A stretch of 33,715 nucleotides of DNA from sequence record SRR2962707_1143, one strand, 5' to 3'. Below, one piece after another: positions 26,540-33,715 of the stretch. The notes beneath the pieces were generated by a model. That model was given only the letters and a program-made list of their open reading frames with translations. It had not been told where the DNA came from and searched no databases. The stretch's first letter is position 1, and every line of letters begins with the position of its first letter. Position numbers and translations under genes: made by a program.

Positions 26540-27948
26540 GCGCTGAAAAAGCAAAATTCACGACAGGGCCAACCATGGGCCATGTCGTGACCATGACCGC
26601 TACGGCGTCGCTGGGCTTGATCGCCGTTTTTATGGTCGATGCGCTCAATCTTTTTTATATCTCCATGCTTGGCCAAGCAGAACTGGCCGCTGCCATTGGC
26701 TATGCGGGCACATTGATGTTCTTTTCTGTGTCTATTGCCATCGGCATGACCATAGCGGTGGGTGCGCTCGTTTCGCGCTCTCTAGGCGCAAATAACCGCG
26801 AGGAAGCAGCCGAAACTGGCGGTGCAGCGCTATTATTTATTCTCGTCGTGATGTCAGCGATGATTGCGCTCATCTGGCCCAATATTGATTTCTTCCTCGG
26901 GCTTTTGGGCGCAAAAGGTGAAACCCGTGCCATCGCAACCGGCTTTTTGCAAATCGTTTTGCCATCAACGCCGATTATGGCGCTGGGCATGGGCGCATCA
27001 GGCATTTTGCGCGGTGTGGGTGATGCAAAGCGGGCTATGTATGTCACACTTTTGGGTGGCGCCGCTTCAGCTGTGCTTGATCCATTGTTTATCTTTGGGT
27101 TTGATATGGGCGTGACAGGCGCGGCGATTGCCACCGTATTGTCGCGCTTTTTAATTATGGCGACCGGCCTTTATGGTGCCGTCATTATCCATAGGCTCGC
27201 AACATTGCCGAGCCGCAAACATTTGCTGCGCCTGCTAAAGCCTTTCAGCGCAATCGCGATACCGGCTGTCCTCACACAAATTGCTACGCCCTTTGGCAAT
27301 GCGTTCGTCACAGCTCAGATTTCCAGCTTTGGTGATGAAGCGGTTGCTGGCTGGGCAGTCATCGGCCGCATTATTCCGGTTGCTTTCGGCGTCATCTTTG
27401 CGCTTTCGGGCGCGGTTGGGCCAATCCTTGGTCAAAATTATGGGGCGAAACTCTTCCCGCGTATCACGCAGGCGATGCGCGATGCGTTGCTCTTTACGCT
27501 TTGCTATGTGTTGGTGGTTTGCGCTTTGCTGGCGCTGGCTGCAGGCGGCATTGCAGATCTGTTTGGAACAACCGGTGAAGCGCGCGCGATCATCATTTTC
27601 TTTTGCCATTTCGTGGCTATCAGCTTTTTGTTTAATGGCGGTCTCTTTGTTGCCAATGCGGCGTTTAACAATCTTGGTTTTGCGTTTTATTCCACCATGC
27701 TCAATTGGGGTCGCTCGACGCTTGGCGTCATCCCCTTTGTGTGGTTGGGCGCGCATTATTTTGGCGCAAGAGGCGTGATTGCAGGCTGGGGTCTAGGTGC
27801 CATCGTTTTTGGTATCGTTGCCGTCATTATCGCATTTCGCGTGATTGGTAAGCTGGAAGATCGCGACGATATTGAGCCGCCATCAGAAGGCTTTTCGGTT
27901 ACGCCGCAACCAGCCTTCTCAAGCGCCAAAAGCGCTAATCTGGGATAA
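26536..27948 (+). CDS. MATE family efflux transporter
   Basis: 470 aa with about 12 hydrophobic segments; VDALN..LG..LAA, LRGVGD..AM, LDPLFIF..GVTGAAIAT and GQNYGA. ATGA overlap with the upstream antiporter gene. Confidence 0.9.
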   Translation: MSAEKAKFTTGPTMGHVVTMTATASLGLIAVFMVDALNLFYISMLGQAELAAAIGYAGTLMFFSVSIAIGMTIAVGALVSRSLGANNREEAAETGGAALLFILVVMSAMIALIWPNIDFFLGLLGAKGETRAIATGFLQIVLPSTPIMALGMGASGILRGVGDAKRAMYVTLLGGAASAVLDPLFIFGFDMGVTGAAIATVLSRFLIMATGLYGAVIIHRLATLPSRKHLLRLLKPFSAIAIPAVLTQIATPFGNAFVTAQISSFGDEAVAGWAVIGRIIPVAFGVIFALSGAVGPILGQNYGAKLFPRITQAMRDALLFTLCYVLVVCALLALAAGGIADLFGTTGEARAIIIFFCHFVAISFLFNGGLFVANAAFNNLGFAFYSTMLNWGRSTLGVIPFVWLGAHYFGARGVIAGWGLGAIVFGIVAVIIAFRVIGKLEDRDDIEPPSEGFSVTPQPAFSSAKSANLG

Positions 27949-28794
27949 TTATTTTGATTTCTCAAAATTTTCAATGGCGCTATCGAGCTTGCGTTTTAAG
28001 TCTTCGCGCACAGCTTTAGACTCTTCCAAGATTTGTTTGGCTTTGAAGAAGTCTTGCACCCGAAACTTTGAAACCGACGGCCGCAGCAAAATGTGCGGTG
28101 CGTGTTTTTCCAATTCCCGGGTGAGGATCGCCTGCATCATCAATTGGCTTGCGCCATAAAGCGTATCCATAAAATTGGGTGCTTTTGTTGGGTCACCAAT
28201 AGGCGTTCCAAGCACTTCAACGCCGATTACGATATCCGCCTTTCCCATTAAATGGTCAAACGGCACGGGATTGAAAATGCCGCCATCAACAAGGAACCGG
28301 CCCTCAAATTTCACTGGCTTAAAGGCTGCGGGAATAGAAGAAGAAGCCGCAACGGCGGTTAAAAGATCGCCGCTATCAAAGATCAGCTCCTGATAGCCAT
28401 AATAATCTGTCGTACTGACAGTCAGCGGAATCAGCAGTTCTTCAAATGTTGATTTGATTTGTGGGGGCAAAAATATTTTCAGCAAGCTAAGCGCATCAAG
28501 CTGGGCCAGACTATATTCGTCCGAAAACATCTTGGTAATACCAACACCCTTGGAGCGGATAAAACGGCCCAGCGCATCAGCGCGTTTTGCGGCAAGTTCC
28601 AATGCGAATTCACGAATTTCAATGCCGGTCATTCCCGACGCCATGGCCGCGCCCATGATAGACCCGATGGACGCGCCTGATATCGCAACCGGCCTAATGC
28701 CCAATTCATCCAAGGTTTCGATGATATGGATATGGGCGTAGCCGCGCGCGCCGCCGCCACCGAATGCCACCGCCACGCTCGGACTATTTGTCAT
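27949..28794 (-). CDS. patatin-like phospholipase (RssA/NTE family)
   Basis: GGGGARG oxyanion motif, GASIG nucleophile, ASSSIP and LVDGG. Confidence 0.93.
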   Translation of the reverse strand: MTNSPSVAVAFGGGGARGYAHIHIIETLDELGIRPVAISGASIGSIMGAAMASGMTGIEIREFALELAAKRADALGRFIRSKGVGITKMFSDEYSLAQLDALSLLKIFLPPQIKSTFEELLIPLTVSTTDYYGYQELIFDSGDLLTAVAASSSIPAAFKPVKFEGRFLVDGGIFNPVPFDHLMGKADIVIGVEVLGTPIGDPTKAPNFMDTLYGASQLMMQAILTRELEKHAPHILLRPSVSKFRVQDFFKAKQILEESKAVREDLKRKLDSAIENFEKSK

Positions 28795-28798
28795 TTTA

Positions 28799-29371
28799 TT
28801 ATTCCTGTAATTCAGCCAGTTTTATAAAGCGCAATATTGTGTCACCAGCGCGACGCTCGTCAATCAATTCATAATGCTCTGGCATTGTAAATGGCGCGTT
28901 TGCGGCTTCTTCCAAAATGATCAGCGCATCGGGTTTCAACCAGCCACCTTCGCGCAGCGCGATCAACGCGCCCTCGCCTAAGCGTTTGCCATAAGGTGGA
29001 TCAGCGAAGACCAGATCGAAAGGATCCATTGTGCCAACCGGTCCCAGCTTTGTCGCGTCGCGGCGGAACAATTTGGCCACGCCTTGCAGGCCAAGCTGGT
29101 GCATTGTTTCACGCACCAAACCGCGCCCTTGCGACCCCATTTCAATGAACAAAACAAAGCTGCCACCACGCGACATGGCCTCAAAGCCAAGTGCGCCGGT
29201 GCCTGAAAAAAGATCGAGAATACGGGTGTTGTCGAGCCTATCAGCCCAGCCATGTTGCAAGATATTAAACAGACTTTCGCGCGCGCGATCCGTCGTGGGG
29301 CGAATATCGCTAGACCCCGCTTTAGGGCTAGCAATTGCGCGCCCGCGAAACTTACCGCCGACTATGCGCAT
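28799..29371 (-). CDS. rsmD: 16S rRNA (guanine966-N2)-methyltransferase
   Basis: MRIVGGKFRGR, IRPTTDRARESLFNIL, LDLFSGTGALGFEAMSRG and FADPPY. Confidence 0.96.
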   Translation of the reverse strand: MRIVGGKFRGRAIASPKAGSSDIRPTTDRARESLFNILQHGWADRLDNTRILDLFSGTGALGFEAMSRGGSFVLFIEMGSQGRGLVRETMHQLGLQGVAKLFRRDATKLGPVGTMDPFDLVFADPPYGKRLGEGALIALREGGWLKPDALIILEEAANAPFTMPEHYELIDERRAGDTILRFIKLAELQE

Positions 29372-29377
29372 GGCTGG

Positions 29378-30901
29378 TTAGTCCTTCTTGCCACGCGGCG
29401 GACGGCTTCCCATTGGTTTGCCAGCAGGTCTGCCTGTCGGTTTTCCAGTTGGTTTGGCTTTGCTGAATGTCGCTGCACGGGCCGCACTTGATTTGCTTGG
29501 CTTGCCAGCTGCACTGCCAGCTGGTTTTGCACCGGCTTTAAACGGCTTACCGCCTTTAAACTCTTGTCTGTCGCCCGGCTTGCTAAACATTTTATCGCTG
29601 CGACGACCGCCATCTTCAGACTTTGCGCCACCGCCAAACATTCCACGGCTTTTAATACCGTCGCGTGGACGCTCATTGCGCGCTGCTTCTTCTTCGTCTT
29701 TGCGTTTGTCTGTTTTTGGCCGCGCGCCCGGTGCCATCCACACATTTGAAGCGCGGTTTGGCCGTGCTTCACGTTTAGGGCGTTGCTCGGTCGCAGATTT
29801 TTTGCCGCGTTCTTCTGGTGGCTGTGTGGACCAACCATCGCGCACGCGCTCGCGGCGATCACCGGCTTTTTCAAATTTGCTCTCAGTCCATTCGGCAGAT
29901 TTTTGACGTGGTTCGCCGCGCTGTGCGCGTTTATCGTTTTTGCGTTTTTCGTCTTCTGCCGCTTCGCCCAATAGTTTCGTGCCAGAAACCCAGTCGCCGC
30001 GTTGATTGGCTTCAATGCGTTTGTCTTCGCCCAGCGCTTTAATCGGCGATTGGCCGCGAACAGGCACGTTGGGGAATGCATTGGTGATCGGTGCATCAAA
30101 ATTTGCACCTGATTCTTCGATCAACCGCTCGCCAAGTTGGTCGCGCAATACGCGGCCTTTCACTTCAAGCACGGCACCATCTTGCAATTCAGACAGTTGG
30201 AATGGGCCAAATGAAATGCGGATCAAGCGGTTAACATCAAGGCCAAGGGCGCCCATGACGTTTTTAACTTCGCGGTTTTTACCTTCGCGCAAGCCCACTT
30301 CAAGCCACACATTCGTGCCTTGTTCGCGCTCTAGCTTGGCTTCGATGGACGAATAGAAAACGCCGTCAACGGCGATACCGTCTTTTAGTTTATCAAGCTG
30401 TGCCTGCGTTACCTTACCATGGGCGCGTACGCGGTAGCGGCGCAGCCAACCTGTTTGCGGCAATTCCAATGCGCGGGCAAGACCGCCGTCATTGGTCAGC
30501 AACAGCAGACCTTCGGTGTTAATGTCCAAACGGCCAACGGTGACAACGCGCGGCAATTCCTGCGGCAGGTTTTCAAAAATCGTGGCGCGGCCTTCGGTAT
30601 CGCGGTTGCTTGTCACCAAGCCAGCGGGCTTGTGATAAAGCCAAAGGCGCGTGCGCTCGATCGCAGGAATTGGTTTGCCGTCAATGAGAATCACATCATT
30701 GTTGGTCACGTTCAGCGCAGGCGATGTCAAAGTCTTGCCATTGACCTTCACGCGGCCATCAATAATGAGGGCTTCAGCGTCGCGGCGCGAGGCAATGCCT
30801 GCGCGCGCAAGGCGCTTTGCGATGCGTTCTGTTGGCCGCGCAACTGCGTCGTCACGGCTTGGCTGGCTTTTAAAGCTGCGGGGCTTGTTGTTTTCTGTCA
30901 T
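29378..30901 (-). CDS. rluB: RsuA/RluB family rRNA pseudouridine synthase with S4 domain and long charged C-terminal tail
   Basis: [19 protein letters not shown] (S4), [24 protein letters not shown] (catalytic Asp), EGKNREV and RLIRISFGP. Confidence 0.88.
   Translation of the reverse strand: MTENNKPRSFKSQPSRDDAVARPTERIAKRLARAGIASRRDAEALIIDGRVKVNGKTLTSPALNVTNNDVILIDGKPIPAIERTRLWLYHKPAGLVTSNRDTEGRATIFENLPQELPRVVTVGRLDINTEGLLLLTNDGGLARALELPQTGWLRRYRVRAHGKVTQAQLDKLKDGIAVDGVFYSSIEAKLEREQGTNVWLEVGLREGKNREVKNVMGALGLDVNRLIRISFGPFQLSELQDGAVLEVKGRVLRDQLGERLIEESGANFDAPITNAFPNVPVRGQSPIKALGEDKRIEANQRGDWVSGTKLLGEAAEDEKRKNDKRAQRGEPRQKSAEWTESKFEKAGDRRERVRDGWSTQPPEERGKKSATEQRPKREARPNRASNVWMAPGARPKTDKRKDEEEAARNERPRDGIKSRGMFGGGAKSEDGGRRSDKMFSKPGDRQEFKGGKPFKAGAKPAGSAAGKPSKSSAARAATFSKAKPTGKPTGRPAGKPMGSRPPRGKKD
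29414..29461 (-). repeat. degenerate 12-bp tandem repeat x4 (coding [16 protein letters not shown])
   Basis: Plus-strand units tggtttgccagc / aggtctgcctgt / cggttttccagt / tggtttggcttt within the pseudouridine synthase tail. Confidence 0.6.
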
Positions 30902-30972
30902 TTGGTGTTTGCCTTTATCTAAGCGTTCCCTACCAAATGGTCACACAAGTTGCGAGAGAAAGTTTCAAATTG

Positions 30973-31431
30973 ATGGCAAAGCCCAAACAAATGATATCTT
31001 TCATGGAAATTGCGCTTGATGAAGCGCGCCTTGCTGCTCAAATGGGCGAAGTTCCCGTTGGTGCGGTCATTGTACAGGATAATCGCATCCTTGCACAGAT
31101 CGGTAATCGCACACGCACGATGAAAGATCCGACGGCCCATGCTGAGACCTTAGCGATCCGCATGGCCTGCGACTTGCTTCAACAAGACAGGTTAGAGGGT
31201 TGCGATCTTTATGTGACCTTGGAACCCTGCACCATGTGCGCTGGCACGATCTCTCATGCGCGTATCAGACGGGTATATTTTGGCGCTATGGATGAAAAGG
31301 GCGGCGGGGTTATCAATGGCGTTCGGTTTTTTAACGCCGCAACATGCCACCATGCGCCCGAGGTTTATTCGGGCATCGGTGAATTAGAGGCTGGCAATTT
31401 GCTGACTGATTTTTTCAGTCAAAAGCGCTGA
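30973..31431 (+). CDS. tadA: tRNA-specific adenosine deaminase
   Basis: GEVPVGAV, DPTAHAE, LYVTLEPCTMCAG and terminal FF..KR. Start could be 30973, 30991 or 31003. Confidence 0.93.
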   Translation: MAKPKQMISFMEIALDEARLAAQMGEVPVGAVIVQDNRILAQIGNRTRTMKDPTAHAETLAIRMACDLLQQDRLEGCDLYVTLEPCTMCAGTISHARIRRVYFGAMDEKGGGVINGVRFFNAATCHHAPEVYSGIGELEAGNLLTDFFSQKR

Positions 31432-32001
31432 TTAGAAAATTTTCCACCAAGGCTTGTCTTTGTTTTGCGCTTTTTTAGCCATTTTGGCTTTTTTCGCTTC
31501 GGTCTCGCCAAGTTCTCCAACAGCAGCAGTTTCTGCCGGTTTGCGATAATCAAGCGGCGGATCGGTCAAATAAATGCGCTGACCAGCAATTGAATTTCTG
31601 CCTGGACCTTCAGAGGCACCAAGGGCAGCGGCTTCATCTTTATTGGTCACGAAGTTTACAGGGCGTTTGCCTGCTTCAATGTCAGCAAGAACACGGGCGC
31701 GTTTTTCAGCCGGTGATTCTGGCCATTCAGTTGAGCTTTCAGCAATACTTTCCTGCGGTGCAGGCAATGTCGCAGTCGAAGCAGGCTCAACTATGCCAGC
31801 GCGCGGCTTATAATCAATCGGCGCTTGCGGTGGCTTTCCAAGCTTAAATGATGTGGCCAAGTCGTCCATCAAGGTTTCGCCAGACGATTTACCCGTGCCG
31901 TAGGTCGGACCAAAACAGCCAGATACGGACAGCGTCACGCCTGTCAAAACAACTGCTTTTAAAGCATTTTTTGCCCAAATCTGGTTCTTCATATCACTCA
32001 T
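31432..32001 (-). CDS. hypothetical lipoprotein
   Basis: Basic N-region, hydrophobic stretch and lipobox VSG|C, then GPTYGTGK, IDYKPR, WPESP, YLTDPP.DYRKP and a basic C-terminus ending KPWWKIF. Start is 32001 or 31992. Confidence 0.75.
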   Translation of the reverse strand: MSDMKNQIWAKNALKAVVLTGVTLSVSGCFGPTYGTGKSSGETLMDDLATSFKLGKPPQAPIDYKPRAGIVEPASTATLPAPQESIAESSTEWPESPAEKRARVLADIEAGKRPVNFVTNKDEAAALGASEGPGRNSIAGQRIYLTDPPLDYRKPAETAAVGELGETEAKKAKMAKKAQNKDKPWWKIF

Positions 32002-32055
32002 TCACCTTCGCACGCACGCATTCAGCACCGTTCATGTACTGCAATATTGGCAATT

Positions 32056-32102
32056 TGATGATCTCCCGTACCACAATATAACAGGTACGGGCAATCTCAT
32101 CA
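32056..32102. other. stem-loop in ileS - lipoprotein spacer
   Basis: Inner stem CCCGTACC (32065-32072) / GGTACGGG (32084-32091) and outer stem TGATGA (32056-32061) / TCATCA (32097-32102). No U-tract on the coding strand. Confidence 0.6.
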
Positions 32103-32109
32103 TTTAACC

Positions 32110-33715
32110 TTAAAGTCGGCCCAACGCTTTTAATTCATGCAGTACAGCCGCATCACGGGCTGAAACCTCTGGAAATTCAGGGTCTGAGCCCACATCTTTG
32201 GTCACCCGCCAAGAGCGCGCGCATTTTTGACCGTCAGCTAGAGCAGATGTGACCCAAACGCCCTTAACATCCGGCAAAGTGAAGGCATTTTCCCCGCCGT
32301 CACCTTCAACAATTTGGATGCCTGAAGTGATGCAAATCTCGGCCATATCCATGCCCTCAATCGCCGCCAAAAGCTCTTTGTCAGCAATATTAACCATAGG
32401 TGCAGCTTCTAGAGATGAACCAATGCGTTTTTCACGTCTTTCGATCTCCAAAGCACCGGTGACAACACGGCGAACCGCACGCACTTTCTTCCATTTTGCC
32501 GCCAAGGCATCATCGCGCCATTCGTCAGGACACATACGGAACTGTTCTAAATGGACGGACACAGCATCAGGATATTGGGTCAGCCACGTTTCTTCCATGG
32601 TGAATGGTAAGATTGGCGCCATCCATGTCACAAGACGGTCAAACAAGGCGCGAACGACTTGCAACGATGCTTTTTGGCGCACGGATGAAGGCGCATCACA
32701 ATAAAGCGCATCTTTGCGCACATCGAAATAAAACGCGGACAATTCCAACACCATGAAATCAAGCAAGGTGCGGGTGATGCGTTTAAAATCAAAATTATCA
32801 TAGCTTGTGTTGACGATCTTATCGATTTCCCAAAGGCGATGCAGGATCGTGCGCTCTAACTCAGGCATCTCAGACAATGGCACTTCATCACCATGATCAT
32901 GAGACAATGTGCCAAGCATCCAGCGCAATGTGTTTCTAAGCTTGCGATAGGCATCGATATTGGTTTTTAGAATTTCATCGCCGATGCGCTGATCTTCCTG
33001 ATAATCGGTGCTGGCGACCCAAAGGCGCAAGATATCTGCGCCAGACTTCTTGATGATGTCTTGCGGGAAAACCTGATTGTTCAGGGATTTTGACATTTTG
33101 CGGCCATCTTCGGCCATCGTAAAGCCGTGGGTAATAACCGTATTATATGGTGCGCGGCCGCGTGTGCCGCTGCTTTCAAGAAGCGATGAATGGAACCAGC
33201 CACGGTGCTGGTCTGTGCCTTCAAGATAAACATCGGCTGGCCATTTAAGGTCTTCACGTTGCTCTAGGCAAAAGGCGTGGGTTGAACCTGAGTCAAACCA
33301 AACATCTAAGATGTCGTTGACCTTGATCCACTGGTCCATGTCATCAACAAGACCATCGAGGAAACGCTCTTTTGCGCCATCAGCATACCAAGCGTCGGCA
33401 CCTTCAACTTTGAAGGCCTGCATGATGCGATCTGACAATTCATCGGATTTATCGAACTCTGGTCTGGGAATGATCTGGCCGGTTTCCTCATTGCGGAAAA
33501 CAGAGATCGGCACACCCCAAGCGCGTTGACGCGAGAGCACCCAATCGGGGCGCTTTTCGATCATGCCGTGCAGACGTGTTTTGCCAGAACTTGGCACAAA
33601 GCGTGTCTCGTCAATCGCGGCCAAAGCGGTCTGGCGCAATGTGCCTTTTTCGCTGACAGCATCCTTGTCCATATAGACAAACCATTGCGGCGTGTTGCGG
33701 AAGATGATCGGCTTT
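32110..33715 (-). CDS. ileS: isoleucine--tRNA ligase, 5'-truncated by window edge
   Basis: Frame stays open to the window edge ([12 protein letters not shown]). [47 protein letters not shown] and GADILRLWV. Confidence 0.98.
   Translation of the reverse strand, partial: KPIIFRNTPQWFVYMDKDAVSEKGTLRQTALAAIDETRFVPSSGKTRLHGMIEKRPDWVLSRQRAWGVPISVFRNEETGQIIPRPEFDKSDELSDRIMQAFKVEGADAWYADGAKERFLDGLVDDMDQWIKVNDILDVWFDSGSTHAFCLEQREDLKWPADVYLEGTDQHRGWFHSSLLESSGTRGRAPYNTVITHGFTMAEDGRKMSKSLNNQVFPQDIIKKSGADILRLWVASTDYQEDQRIGDEILKTNIDAYRKLRNTLRWMLGTLSHDHGDEVPLSEMPELERTILHRLWEIDKIVNTSYDNFDFKRITRTLLDFMVLELSAFYFDVRKDALYCDAPSSVRQKASLQVVRALFDRLVTWMAPILPFTMEETWLTQYPDAVSVHLEQFRMCPDEWRDDALAAKWKKVRAVRRVVTGALEIERREKRIGSSLEAAPMVNIADKELLAAIEGMDMAEICITSGIQIVEGDGGENAFTLPDVKGVWVTSALADGQKCARSWRVTKDVGSDPEFPEVSARDAAVLHELKALGRL

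Noticed and set aside
27949-28794. Patatin as a CBASS-type defence effector
   Set aside because: RssA-like housekeeping motifs, apparent operon with rsmD and the pseudouridine synthase, and no nucleotidyltransferase or other defence gene nearby.
29362-30108. 248-aa alternative-frame ORF (and a 172-aa antisense ORF at 29388-29906) overlapping the pseudouridine synthase tail
   Set aside because: No SD or recognisable motifs; long open frames are expected over low-complexity sequence. No slippery site was evident to suggest frameshifting.
1-33715. tRNA/rRNA genes, CRISPR arrays, IS elements, integrases, prophage genes
   Set aside because: Intergenic gaps are all under about 200 bp, and by eye none shows a cloverleaf, repeat-spacer array or terminal inverted repeats; no transposase or integrase motifs seen. 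Small RNAs cannot be excluded without an Rfam/Infernal search.

Overview
A compact, roughly 50% GC stretch of an alphaproteobacterial (Rhizobiales/Hyphomicrobiales-like) chromosome with about 32 CDS. I saw no RNA genes, mobile elements, CRISPR arrays or obvious pseudogenes. From left to right it holds: (1) a cyclitol/inositol-type catabolic cluster (iolD running off the left edge, an IolE-like TIM barrel, a Gfo/Idh/MocA dehydrogenase, a LacI regulator and an FAH-family hydrolase) with two copies of the palindrome TGCAACCGGTTGCA; (2) DUF2161-like and YqaA genes; (3) msrPQ; (4) znuA divergent from znuCB-zur with tandem Zur boxes, and selO 7 nt after zur; (5) an uncharacterised three-gene unit of SCP2-type thiolase, acyl-CoA ligase and tandem PPC/DUF296 protein; (6) a TIGR01244/DUF442 sulfurtransferase-like gene; (7) a core block of mutL, DUF2093, lpxK, waaA, DUF4170, cysQ-like, pmbA, kefC-like, MATE, patatin, rsmD, rluB-like, tadA, a lipoprotein and ileS (running off the right edge). 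The best candidates for undescribed biology are the thiolase/ligase/PPC module, the zur-selO coupling and the LacI-controlled non-canonical iol cluster. All family calls come from motif recognition by eye; no searches were run.
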